The position numbers and the translations under genes are program-made. From an uncultured Candidatus Poseidoniales archaeon (GTDB lineage Archaea > Thermoplasmatota > Poseidoniia > Poseidoniales > Poseidoniaceae), in assembly GCA_964587885.1 (NCBI GenBank), contig CAZPME010000003.1, positions 40,996 through 104,995 on the forward strand: 64,000 nt of DNA, read 5' to 3'. Below are positions 9,587 through 19,052 of the stretch, piece after piece (the stretch's first letter is position 1; each line of letters starts with the position of its first letter). The notes beneath the pieces were generated by a model. That model saw nothing but the letters and a program-made list of their open reading frames with translations. It was not told where the DNA came from and searched no databases.

Positions 9587-10265
9587 TCAATTTTTCATCT
9601 GCGATAATCTTGCCACTGTCTAGACGTACCACTCGAGTTGCAAATCTTGTTAAAGATTCATCATGTGTGACCATTATCGTGGTAATTCCTTCTCGTTCAC
9701 AGACTTCCCCTAATACTTCCATCACCATGGCCGAGGTCGTAGAATCAAGATTGCCAGTTAATTCATCACCGAGTAATAATTTCGGGCTTTTGGCTAGGCT
9801 ACGGGCGATTGCAACTCGTTGTTGCTGACCACCACTGATTTCGGCGGGAAAACGATCTACTTCACCCTCTAGGCCAACCATCAATAGCAATTCACGTGCT
9901 CGCTGTTCATCTCGTTGCCCAGACATTTCTTGTATCAATAATACATTCTCTAGTACCGTTAAGTCTTGTAAGAGGTTAAAAAATTGGAAAACATATCCGA
10001 TATTTTCTCGCCGAAAAGTAGTCATCACCTCGGATTCATTTCGGGGCACATCACGCATATTGAAGGAGTAATCACCAGCTGTAGGATTATCCAATGCCGC
10101 GATACAATTCAAGAGCGTTGTCTTACCAGAACCTGAGGGTCCAAGCAAGATTACTCTCTCACCAACCTCAATTTCCAAGTCGACACCATCGAGAGCTTTA
10201 ATTGTCTCAGAAGCCATTTCATAGTGCCGTGTTATCCCTTGCATTTGCAGCAATGAGTTAGACAT
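9579..10265 (-). CDS. ABC transporter ATP-binding protein (LolD/MacB/SalX-like)
   Basis: Walker A GPSGSGKTT, IGYVFQFFNL, ISGGQQQRVAIAR, LLLGDELTGNLD, VTHD. Confidence 0.93.
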   Translation of the reverse strand: MSNSLLQMQGITRHYEMASETIKALDGVDLEIEVGERVILLGPSGSGKTTLLNCIAALDNPTAGDYSFNMRDVPRNESEVMTTFRRENIGYVFQFFNLLQDLTVLENVLLIQEMSGQRDEQRARELLLMVGLEGEVDRFPAEISGGQQQRVAIARSLAKSPKLLLGDELTGNLDSTTSAMVMEVLGEVCEREGITTIMVTHDESLTRFATRVVRLDSGKIIADEKLSE

Positions 10266-10352
10266 GGCAGTCCGTTTACGCCGATGCTACTAAACATTTC
10301 TTTGAGCCTTGATAATAAAATGGTTTGAAAGGAGGAAAGGATTCGCAATGTT

Positions 10353-11141
10353 GTGAGCGCCAATTTAAGCAAGCAAGCACGGTTGAATGAGCTACTTCCT
10401 AACGGCAGAGGTGTTTGGATTCCTGTCGACCACGGAGCCTCTCAATTTCCAAGTTCTGGCTTGGAAAACATGACTGATTTATACAGCAAATTAGGCGCGG
10501 CAGATGCTGTCGTGGCCCAAAAAGGAGTCGTTAGCTATTTGTCAACATTTACTGGCCCCCCACTTATCGCTCATCTTTCGGTTTCGACGGTGCATGGCGG
10601 CGAACATAGCGATAACAAAGTCTTGGTCGGTAGTGTCGAAGAGGCAGTAGCACGTGGTGCGCTTGCAGTAAGTGCTCAAGTAAATCTTGGATCAATTCAC
10701 GAAAACGAGATGATTGCTAGAATGGGAGAATTGAGTCGCCAATGCCATCTTCAAGGAATTCCTTTGCTTGGGATGATGTATGCTCGAGGTCCTAATCTTC
10801 AAACAGATGGCGACCCTACTTTGGGAATCGCCCATGCAGTACGACTCGGGTGGGAATTGGGTTGTGATGTCGTAAAGACTTCATGGACTGGTTCGATGGA
10901 AACCTTTGAAATCGTTACTTCTGGAGTACCCATTCCAGTATTAATCGCAGGTGGAGAAAGTGATGGTAACGTAGTGGGATTGCTGAAAATGGTCAAGCAA
11001 TCTATTCTTGCAGGTGGAGCCGGAATTTGTATGGGTCGTCAAGTCTTTGCCAGCAATGATGTAGCCGGCCTAGCAAAGGCATTGCACCAAGTTGTCCATG
11101 CCGGAATTGGTCCTCTCGTAGCAGCGGAAAAAATGAGGTGA
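10353..11141 (+). CDS. aroA': 2-amino-3,7-dideoxy-D-threo-hept-6-ulosonate (ADH) synthase, DhnA-type class I aldolase
   Basis: PVDHG, MMYARG, RLGWELGCDVVKT (Schiff-base Lys), PVLIAGG, MGRQVF; directly upstream of DHQ synthase II. Confidence 0.85.
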   Translation: MSANLSKQARLNELLPNGRGVWIPVDHGASQFPSSGLENMTDLYSKLGAADAVVAQKGVVSYLSTFTGPPLIAHLSVSTVHGGEHSDNKVLVGSVEEAVARGALAVSAQVNLGSIHENEMIARMGELSRQCHLQGIPLLGMMYARGPNLQTDGDPTLGIAHAVRLGWELGCDVVKTSWTGSMETFEIVTSGVPIPVLIAGGESDGNVVGLLKMVKQSILAGGAGICMGRQVFASNDVAGLAKALHQVVHAGIGPLVAAEKMR

Positions 11142-11145
11142 ATAA

Positions 11146-12165
11146 GTGGAATTGTGGCTTGATGCGGAATCAGCATCGGGTAAAGGCCAAATTGAATCAT
11201 CCGAATTTGTTGATTCAATCGACCAAAGAATCGGAATTGATATCTTCATTGATGAAGGAAAACTGCTCGATAATGAAGGAAAAATCATCGGTGCTCATGT
11301 CATTATTGATGATGAGCACGGTCAAACATTAGCAAGAAGCACGATTGGTTCGGTCCAATGGCTACTGGTAGAATGCCGAAATTGGACGATAATCCCCCTT
11401 GAAAATCTCATCGCTGATGCAGATTCTACCCCCACATCAATCGCAGTAAAAATTAACGATTCGAAACTGATTTCGGGAGCCGCATTTGCATTAGAAATTG
11501 GAGTCGATGCAATCGTTTTAAGCGATGACCTCGAATTATGGGAACAAGCGGCGATTTGTAAAGCACATCGATTATCTAAATCTACAGCACCAATAATCCA
11601 CGATAAATCTGAGCAATCATCTCCTCTCCAAGCGGTTAAAATTATTGAAATCCAGCGCTCAATTACTGGTGATCGCGTCTGTGTCGATTTTACCACATTA
11701 TTGCGGCAAGGCGAAGGAATGCTGGTAGGGTCATCTTCGAGCATGATGGCATTGATACATGGTGAGACCTTAGAAAGTGGATATGTACCTCCTCGCCCAT
11801 TTAGGGTAAACGCAGGAGCGGTGCATTCCTATTGCATTATGGGTGATGGGAAAACCAAATATCTCTCCGAAGTTCATGCAGGAGACAATTTGAGGGTTCA
11901 CGATTCACAAGGAAATTTTCGCATTCTAACCGTTGGCAGAGTTAAAATAGAACACCGTCCATTAATAATATTGAAAATGTCTAATGAAAATGCTCATACA
12001 GGTTCCGTGTGCCTACAACAAGCGGAGACGGTAAGGCTAGTCGTAATGAATGGCCAAACGCAGGGGGTAAACGAATTGATGATTGATGATTTGGTTATGG
12101 CTAGATTTGATTCATCTGGACGCCATGTGGGTAGTAAAATCTCCGCCAAAGTTACTGAGAGGTGA
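11146..12165 (+). CDS. aroB': 3-dehydroquinate synthase II (archaeal type)
   Basis: WTIIPLENLIA, GDRVCVD, GEGMLVGS, YVPPRPFRVNAGAVHSY, VGRVKIEHRPL, LQQAETVRL, GRHVG. Confidence 0.92.
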   Translation: MELWLDAESASGKGQIESSEFVDSIDQRIGIDIFIDEGKLLDNEGKIIGAHVIIDDEHGQTLARSTIGSVQWLLVECRNWTIIPLENLIADADSTPTSIAVKINDSKLISGAAFALEIGVDAIVLSDDLELWEQAAICKAHRLSKSTAPIIHDKSEQSSPLQAVKIIEIQRSITGDRVCVDFTTLLRQGEGMLVGSSSSMMALIHGETLESGYVPPRPFRVNAGAVHSYCIMGDGKTKYLSEVHAGDNLRVHDSQGNFRILTVGRVKIEHRPLIILKMSNENAHTGSVCLQQAETVRLVVMNGQTQGVNELMIDDLVMARFDSSGRHVGSKISAKVTER

Positions 12166-13058
12166 GAATGATGGCGGTATTAGGAAAAGGCAAAGCACAC
12201 GGAGCATGTAGTTTATTACACGCCGCAGGCTTAGGCATGGGAGCAAGTTTAGCTCTCGACATTAATGCGGTAGCGATGGTTCGTGATGATGAACCGAAAT
12301 CACCACCATCAGACCCAGATGGCTTACTTGATGCAGTGGTTGCCGCTTGGCAAGCAGCCGGGCATGAACTCCCCGCAGAGGAAATCTATTGGACAATCCG
12401 TTCGAAAATTCCCCAAGGACAAGGTCTGAAATCTAGTGCTGCTATTGCAGTCGCTGCATTACGTGCTTTGGCCGATGCAACCAATTCTTCAATTCAGATT
12501 ACCCAAATAATAGATATGGCTGTAGCCGCACAATCCACGGCTGGAGTTAGTTTGACCGGAAGTGTCGATGATGCTTGGGCCGCAGCCGAAGAAGGATGGA
12601 AAGTCGTTGATGTGAATGTCCCTGCTGAACAAGGAGTACTATTGGCTGGAGATGGACCCCCAAGTGAAGCATGGACGGTGTTATTGGTATTACGCGGCAG
12701 GCGCTCAGAAACTCCGGAAAGTGATGCTTTTGCTTGGCATCAACAAGGCTTCCAGCAAGCACTAAATGCGATTCAAAGTGGGCGTGAATTGGTTGCAGTG
12801 ACCTCGAATGGCCGAGCAATGGCAGGAGTATTGAATGATTCAATCGGTCGACGAATCGCTAACGAAGCGACCATGTTTGGTGCTAGGGCGGCTGGTATTT
12901 CGGGCTCGGGGCCTGCGATCGTAATTTTTGTTCCTGCAGTAAGTACACCAATTGTTGAACACCTAACCAATCATTTCCAAAATTCTGATGATGTTGAAGA
13001 TGTGATGATAACCAAAGTTCTCAACCCTAAAGCCGAAAATGAGGAAGAATTAGAATAG
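12162..13058 (+). CDS. aroK: Archaeal shikimate kinase (GHMP family)
   Basis: SKIPQGQGLKSSAA, GVSLTGSVDDAWA, GISGSGPA; within the aro cluster. Confidence 0.88.
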   Translation: MRMMAVLGKGKAHGACSLLHAAGLGMGASLALDINAVAMVRDDEPKSPPSDPDGLLDAVVAAWQAAGHELPAEEIYWTIRSKIPQGQGLKSSAAIAVAALRALADATNSSIQITQIIDMAVAAQSTAGVSLTGSVDDAWAAAEEGWKVVDVNVPAEQGVLLAGDGPPSEAWTVLLVLRGRRSETPESDAFAWHQQGFQQALNAIQSGRELVAVTSNGRAMAGVLNDSIGRRIANEATMFGARAAGISGSGPAIVIFVPAVSTPIVEHLTNHFQNSDDVEDVMITKVLNPKAENEEELE

Positions 13059-13069
13059 TTCACTAACCT

Positions 13070-14389
13070 TCAACTAGCGATTAATCCGAACGTTCCAGTA
13101 AGAAAGGTGACAAATTCAATTAATTCATTATGGTCGATTAGGAAATGAAGGGACGGACTAACATTTGCAGTAATTTGCAATCTCCGGGCAATAAATCCAT
13201 GTGGTGAATTTACCATCAAATCTTCACGACTAATGTTGGATATACCATTTCCAATTAATGAAACCAAAGACGAAACTTCACCGATAGAAAATCCCAAACC
13301 CGTAGTCATCAACTTTTGTAATGCGGATTGAGGGTAAGCATCATCAACCACCATCTCGATTCTGCCGGAAATAGTCTGGAGAAACCAAGTCTTGATATCA
13401 TGCTGCTCAAATAATTGCAATATTTCTCTTGTTAACGATGATGCGCTCTGCGCAGAAGGTGTAGTGATAGTCACCATCCTCACTGGATGAGTGCAAACAA
13501 TTGCCTTTACCTGTGGTTGCTCAAGATTCAAATCCGGGCCGATGACCGTACCATTTCCCTCTCCGTGAAGAGGTCTCAATTCAAGTGCGACACCAACGTT
13601 GGCAACCGGTTCAATGCATTGTGAGTGAAGAATCGAAGTGCCTAGGCGAGCCAATTCACTCGCTTCAGAGTACCCGAGATAAGGGATTTTCTTACCCTTA
13701 ATCCCGTGCAATGGATTAATTGATAAGATACCATCAATGTCTTTCCACAATACAACTTTTCTAGCTTGGAGGACGGCACCTATTGCTGAAGCAGTAACAT
13801 CACTACCACCTCTTTCAAGTACGGCAATTTTCCCATCTTCGTTGATTCCATACCAACCGGTAATGATGGGGATATTTTTCATTGATAACATCTCATTTAG
13901 AACTGGAAGTGCCGGCTCAATCTTGAGATGACGGTGGCGGCCACCTCCTTGAATCACAACACCTATTTCCTCAGCCCAAACTGCAACCGCTTGATGAAAT
14001 TGCATCTTAAGATATTCAGCGATTAAAACGCTCGCCATTTTTTCCCCATATGATAAAATTCTATGTTCAATGGAATCATCAATTCTGTTCTCTTCCAATT
14101 GGGCAGCATCTTCAGCAAGTTGGACGAGTAAATTAGAAAACCTCTCTGAATTAACGATATTAGCCGTTGTCGAGGAAATATCAGCATGAATCGCACGGAT
14201 TTTAGAAATTATTGAAGAAGGATTCTGCTTACAATTGATGGCCTCTAATAGAAGATTGGTTACTCCACCAAATGCTGATACTACAACTACAGGTTTTCCA
14301 TGTGAATTACCAATAATCTCAGATATCCTCTCAAGATCCTGTATACTCTTCAAACACGAACCGCCGAACTTGTAGACAATTAAACTCAA
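13070..14389 (-). CDS. lysC: Aspartate kinase (AA-kinase domain plus degenerate ACT domains)
   Basis: VYKFGGS, VVVVSAFGGVTNLL, SYGEK, LERGGSDVTA, WKDIDGI, YSEASELA; TTG start abuts the aroC stop. Confidence 0.85.
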   Translation of the reverse strand: MSLIVYKFGGSCLKSIQDLERISEIIGNSHGKPVVVVSAFGGVTNLLLEAINCKQNPSSIISKIRAIHADISSTTANIVNSERFSNLLVQLAEDAAQLEENRIDDSIEHRILSYGEKMASVLIAEYLKMQFHQAVAVWAEEIGVVIQGGGRHRHLKIEPALPVLNEMLSMKNIPIITGWYGINEDGKIAVLERGGSDVTASAIGAVLQARKVVLWKDIDGILSINPLHGIKGKKIPYLGYSEASELARLGTSILHSQCIEPVANVGVALELRPLHGEGNGTVIGPDLNLEQPQVKAIVCTHPVRMVTITTPSAQSASSLTREILQLFEQHDIKTWFLQTISGRIEMVVDDAYPQSALQKLMTTGLGFSIGEVSSLVSLIGNGISNISREDLMVNSPHGFIARRLQITANVSPSLHFLIDHNELIEFVTFLTGTFGLIAS

Positions 14390-15460
14390 CTACATCCCTC
14401 CCCGCAAGGCAAGATCGCAAATGACCAATATTCCTGTTGCCTCTACTACCGCAGTTGCACGTGGTGCAATCACTGGATCGTGACGACCCTCAATCTGCAA
14501 TGATTCTTGCTCCCCACTACTCAGATTGAGTGTCATTTGAGGTTGACCAATACTGCTGGGAGGTTTGAAAGTAACTTTGATTGAAAGTGGCGAACCAGTG
14601 GCCAATCCACCGAGAGCACCATCGCTATTCCGACCCTGTGGTTGGGGTCCTGATTCAGTCAATTCCCAAGGATCGTTATGTTCGCTACCTCGCATTGTTG
14701 CAGCATTTTTCCCTCGACCAAATTCGACTGCTCTTGCCGCCGGAATAGCCATCAATGCCCGCGCAAGAGCTGGCTCAATTCCATCGTACCATGGTTCACC
14801 AATTCCTAATGGTAAACCGGAAATTTGCATCTCAACACAACTGCCAATCGAATCTGAATCGGTGATAAGGCTTTCAACCAAAGCCACCATTTCCGTGGCG
14901 GCATTTGAATCTCGACATCGCATTCGGCGACAGTCGTCATCACCCTCTATATCGTTAACACACTGAGCAATCGGAATGGATTCTACCGTACCAATTGAGG
15001 AAGTATGAGCGATAACCTGCACTCCCCACTTTTCTAATAATGGTGCACACAATGCCGCAGCTGCGACTATCCCCACAGTTAATCTGCCAGAGGTACTTCC
15101 ACCGCCACGCAAATCTGCATTTCCTTCAGTGCGCTCGATTACTGGAAGATCGGCATGACCAGGACGTGGATGATTGGGCAAAAATGAATAATCTGACGAA
15201 TGGGCATCTTTGTTTTTAACCACGATTAGGATTGGCCAGCCTGTCGTCTTTCCTTGGTGTACTCCCGAAATAATCTCGCAAGAGTCATCCTCTTTTCTTG
15301 CCGATGCTAATGACCCACCTGGGCGGCGAGTATCTAATGCAACTTGGATTGCTGAATGATCGACATTGATACCACTAGGCATCCCTTCGACTAATGCTCC
15401 TACGGCTTGACCATGACTTTCTCCAAACAAAGTGACACGCAATTTCTCGCCAAATCCCAT
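14390..15460 (-). CDS. aroC: Chorismate synthase
   Basis: FGESHG, PRPGHAD, DLRGGGSTSGRLT, MRGSEHND, FKPPSSI, GRHDPVIAPRA. Start ATG 15460 (or GTG 15466). Confidence 0.95.
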   Translation of the reverse strand: MGFGEKLRVTLFGESHGQAVGALVEGMPSGINVDHSAIQVALDTRRPGGSLASARKEDDSCEIISGVHQGKTTGWPILIVVKNKDAHSSDYSFLPNHPRPGHADLPVIERTEGNADLRGGGSTSGRLTVGIVAAAALCAPLLEKWGVQVIAHTSSIGTVESIPIAQCVNDIEGDDDCRRMRCRDSNAATEMVALVESLITDSDSIGSCVEMQISGLPLGIGEPWYDGIEPALARALMAIPAARAVEFGRGKNAATMRGSEHNDPWELTESGPQPQGRNSDGALGGLATGSPLSIKVTFKPPSSIGQPQMTLNLSSGEQESLQIEGRHDPVIAPRATAVVEATGILVICDLALRGGM

Positions 15461-15524
15461 TTGCACGATTATCCATCCATGTAGTTAAGGTGGACTTCTA
15501 AGCCTTATTACCGGCCTATTTTTT

Positions 15525-16490
15525 CTATTCCTTATTTTCGCGCCAGCGTTGAACTCTCAATGGTATATTTGCGGCGAAAACTGTGCCAACCAGTAAGAAG
15601 ACAATGAGAGAGCCAAGGGCAACTCCATAAACGGAAATTAACTCAACACTGGCTTCCATCCTAAGGGCCGTCTCGGCACTAAATGGACGAATAAACATCG
15701 GCAGTATTTGATTAACAGACAATACTATGAAGGCTAAACCACCGGCAATAATTGGATTAACTAGTAGGCTACGGTGATACTTGCCAATTACCCGCTTCAC
15801 ATTCATCACGTAGACTTCATTAGTCCGAATACTGGTATCAAGCATGCTGAAACGAATGACGCCATTGGTTAGTTCGAAATACATCACCAAAATAACCGCA
15901 TACATTACCACTAAGACCGTGAGCATCATCGGGTTGTCGGCAAAGCCGAACCAATCGTTAGATAAACTGACCTTACTACTTGCGAAGCGAAGTGCTGAAA
16001 CTATGAATAAAATGTAAGAACTTAGTAACCAACGTGGATCACGGCGAAAGGTTCCCCAAAAACCAGTTCCTACTGCACTGGCTACAAATAAGGTCTGAAT
16101 CAACTCGGCAAAGCCAGCACTGCCGAAAATCCAATACCACATCGTACCTTGTGGAGGAGTCACAATGTAGGTCAATATTCCCAATGCCACTAGGAGTGCA
16201 TAGGCCGCTAATTGCAACGTTTGTACCATCTTGTCAGCAGGTAGAAATTTCACCTTAGGAACTAGTGGACCGCCAAGTAAACTCTCAATGAATGAAGGAA
16301 TTTGAACTTGAGGAATCGCGTCCTTGGGTATCTCTCCACCAGCAGAAGACATCTTGCCTGCCAATTTCTTGCGGCTTGGTGCTGCAGCACGAACGGTTTT
16401 TCCATCGTATAGATGTGAAGTATCTGCAGATTTACCTTTACCTGCCGTAGGAACGGCAGGTCTTGCGGGAGCGGGTGGTGGTGCTACCAT
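15525..16490 (-). CDS. Hypothetical polytopic membrane protein (about 6 TM) with Pro/Lys-rich N-terminus; last gene of the MoxR operon
   Basis: Long ORF 9 bp after the DUF58 gene, hydrophobic segments, no recognised motif. Confidence 0.75.
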   Translation of the reverse strand: MVAPPPAPARPAVPTAGKGKSADTSHLYDGKTVRAAAPSRKKLAGKMSSAGGEIPKDAIPQVQIPSFIESLLGGPLVPKVKFLPADKMVQTLQLAAYALLVALGILTYIVTPPQGTMWYWIFGSAGFAELIQTLFVASAVGTGFWGTFRRDPRWLLSSYILFIVSALRFASSKVSLSNDWFGFADNPMMLTVLVVMYAVILVMYFELTNGVIRFSMLDTSIRTNEVYVMNVKRVIGKYHRSLLVNPIIAGGLAFIVLSVNQILPMFIRPFSAETALRMEASVELISVYGVALGSLIVFLLVGTVFAANIPLRVQRWRENKE

Positions 16491-16499
16491 GATAATCCC

Positions 16500-17825
16500 T
16501 CAAAATCCCCTTGCACCAGCAAGTGCAGTAGATAGGAGCATATCTGGCTCCCAATCCATAATATGGACGCCAAGACCACGTAACTCACTAATTAGAATAT
16601 CACGTTCTGTCTTGAGAACTTCGTAACCTGTACGGTCGAGTCGGCGAGCATCGAATTCAAATTCTAAACTCGATGGTGATAGAACGGTTACATCAAACTC
16701 ACGGGCTCTAAAGTCGCGCAAAGCATTGACCGCAGTTGGATCATCCTCAAGATTTGATAAGACGATAATTGGACTTCCCTTGTTGATGTGCGGCAAAATT
16801 CGATTGACAACTACCTGTAAGGGTATGTTTCCACGAGCCATGGCACCAGCAAGTTTGGTCAGTAAGACGTAGAGTTGTTTCTTACCAGTATCACGGTCAA
16901 CACTCATTACTTCATCACCATAGACGATTAATCCAACAGAATCACGACGCGAAAGGAAGTATCGGGCAAGGCTTGCTGCAGCACGAGTCGAATATACCAA
17001 GGCATTACGAGAAACTGGGCCAGTCTCACTAACTGAGCGTCCATCGACAATCAAGATGATGTCGCTAACCGCATCTCGCTCTCTTTCATTGACCATCAAC
17101 TCGCCTGAACGTGCGTATGCATTCCAGTTAATTTGGCGAAATGAGTCGCCGTCAATGTAATTGCGCAGGCTGTAAAATTCACTACCTGGTCCTGGCTGAC
17201 GAATATTTACCGCACCGGTAAAGATTTTTGGCACCTTACTCTTAACGAAGGTGTCTTTGAGATCTTCCATCTTCGGGAATACTAAGAAATCACTGTAAAC
17301 CTGTAGTTCCTTTTCCTTGTGGAATAGGCCAAATGTATCCTGAATTCTTACGGTAACCGGCCCAATACTGTAAAACCCACGCAATGGGCATTCGACCGCA
17401 TACTCAATATGAGTCTCTCGGTTTGGACCTAATTCCATCAAAATGTAATTTGCACCTTCCTTGATTCTCATTACTTCAGGTACGCGATCACGAACTTCGA
17501 GAACTTTAGGTATTGAACTATGGTTTTGGCACCTTAATGTTACTTGAAAGTCACCATCTTCGAATATTCTTGCAGAAGATAATTTACGCATTGCAGTGAC
17601 ACTAGAGAGAGCAACCCCTTCCTCTCCCTGCCACTCTTCTGCGCGCCTTCCAGTACTGGCAACGTCAGCGTGATTGGTGAATAACGCGGCATAAGTCAAG
17701 AATACAAATATGACTACTGCTACAGTTACTAGTTGTGAATTACGCAAAGTCAAGCCTAGGAGATACAAGGCTACAGCAAGGCTACCAAGCATTGCTGACT
17801 TCCGACTCCACATCGTTTTCACCAC
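16500..17825 (-). CDS. DUF58 domain protein (VWA-like MoxR partner)
   Basis: Two N-terminal TMs; RGFYSIGP, QDTFGLF, GPGSEFYSLRNYIDGDSFRQINWNAYAR, LMVNERE, RDSVGL. Confidence 0.9.
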   Translation of the reverse strand: MVKTMWSRKSAMLGSLAVALYLLGLTLRNSQLVTVAVVIFVFLTYAALFTNHADVASTGRRAEEWQGEEGVALSSVTAMRKLSSARIFEDGDFQVTLRCQNHSSIPKVLEVRDRVPEVMRIKEGANYILMELGPNRETHIEYAVECPLRGFYSIGPVTVRIQDTFGLFHKEKELQVYSDFLVFPKMEDLKDTFVKSKVPKIFTGAVNIRQPGPGSEFYSLRNYIDGDSFRQINWNAYARSGELMVNERERDAVSDIILIVDGRSVSETGPVSRNALVYSTRAAASLARYFLSRRDSVGLIVYGDEVMSVDRDTGKKQLYVLLTKLAGAMARGNIPLQVVVNRILPHINKGSPIIVLSNLEDDPTAVNALRDFRAREFDVTVLSPSSLEFEFDARRLDRTGYEVLKTERDILISELRGLGVHIMDWEPDMLLSTALAGARGF

Positions 17826-17850
17826 TCAATCGATTGTTGATTATTGATGC

Positions 17851-19020
17851 TCAAACAGTTGGTACTGGAACTTCTCGCAGAATGGTCTGAATGATTTCTT
17901 CGCATTCTAAGCCTTTAATTTGATGTTCTGGCTTGAGAATAATCCTGTGGGAAAGCGCAAGCGCGGCAACCGACTTAACATCGTCAGGAGTGACGAAATC
18001 ACGACCACGCAATGCTGCTGCAGCGCGGCCAGTCTTGAGCAAAGCTTGCGAACCACGTGGTGAAGCACCTACAAGAACACGTGGATCTTCACGGGTTCTT
18101 GATACGACTTCAACCATGTACATACGTAGCGCTGGGTCGACGTAAACATCTTCACAGGCCTGTTGCATAGCGATAACTCGTTGTGGATCGGTAATAACTT
18201 CGACATCGACGGCATCCTTTCGTCGAGTAATACGACGGGCGAGGATTTCATCTTCATCGGCACGGTCAGGGTATCCGACACTCATCTTGAACATGAAACG
18301 GTCCAACTGAGCTTCTGGTAAAGGATATGTTCCCTCTTGCTCAACAGGATTTTGCGTTGCCATTACAATAAATGGTGCTGGTAATTTGTGGGTTACAGTT
18401 CCGATAGTAACCTGCTTCTCTTGCATAGCCTCCAAAAGAGCAGCTTGTGTCTTTGGTGGAGCACGGTTTATTTCGTCAGCAAGTAGCAGATTACAGAATA
18501 GTGGACCTGGTTTGAAAGTAAACTCACCTTTCTTAGCGTCATAGACGTTAGTTCCGGTGATATCAGCAGGTAGCAAATCCGGTGTAAACTGAACACGCTT
18601 GAAATCACAACCGAGGGCATCGGCGAAAGTATTGGTCATCAAGGTCTTCGCAAGACCTGGATAATCCTCGAACAGTAGGTTACCGTTTGAGAGGATGTTG
18701 ATCATCACGTTATCAATAACGTGCGCTTTTCCAATAATCACTTTCTGAACTTCGGCACTGATTGCTGCGGCAATAGCGCCGACTGCGTTCAGTTTCTCAC
18801 GTACTTCGGGTGTGCTTTGGTGCTTAGGCTGGGCTGGAGCAGCTTGCGCCGGTGCTGGCATTGGTGCGGCCGGTGCTGCTGGTGCAGGCGGAGCTGCGGC
18901 GGCTGGCATCGGTGCGGCTGGCATTGGTGCGGCCGGTGCTGGCGCGGCTGGCATAGGTGCTGGCGCGGCTGGCATCGGCGGTGCTGCTGGGTTGTTCGTT
19001 GGTTGGGCTGGGGGTTGCAT
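17851..19020 (-). CDS. moxR: MoxR-family AAA+ ATPase with Pro/Ala-rich N-terminal extension
   Basis: EDYPGLAKT, RVQFTPDLLPADITG, LLADEINRAPPKTQAALLEAMQE, ATQNPVEQEGTYPLPEAQLDRF, GASPRG. Confidence 0.95.
   Translation of the reverse strand: MQPPAQPTNNPAAPPMPAAPAPMPAAPAPAAPMPAAPMPAAAAPPAPAAPAAPMPAPAQAAPAQPKHQSTPEVREKLNAVGAIAAAISAEVQKVIIGKAHVIDNVMINILSNGNLLFEDYPGLAKTLMTNTFADALGCDFKRVQFTPDLLPADITGTNVYDAKKGEFTFKPGPLFCNLLLADEINRAPPKTQAALLEAMQEKQVTIGTVTHKLPAPFIVMATQNPVEQEGTYPLPEAQLDRFMFKMSVGYPDRADEDEILARRITRRKDAVDVEVITDPQRVIAMQQACEDVYVDPALRMYMVEVVSRTREDPRVLVGASPRGSQALLKTGRAAAALRGRDFVTPDDVKSVAALALSHRIILKPEHQIKGLECEEIIQTILREVPVPTV
18835..19015. repeat. GC-rich degenerate tandem repeat encoding PAAP(M)PAA low-complexity tract
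   Basis: Recurrent ggtgc/ggcgcggctggcat units on the + strand; protein PAAPPMPAAPAPMPAAPAPAAPMPAAPMP. Confidence 0.8.
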
Positions 19021-19052
19021 TCTATTTTTTCCTCCTTATTTTTTCATTTTTT

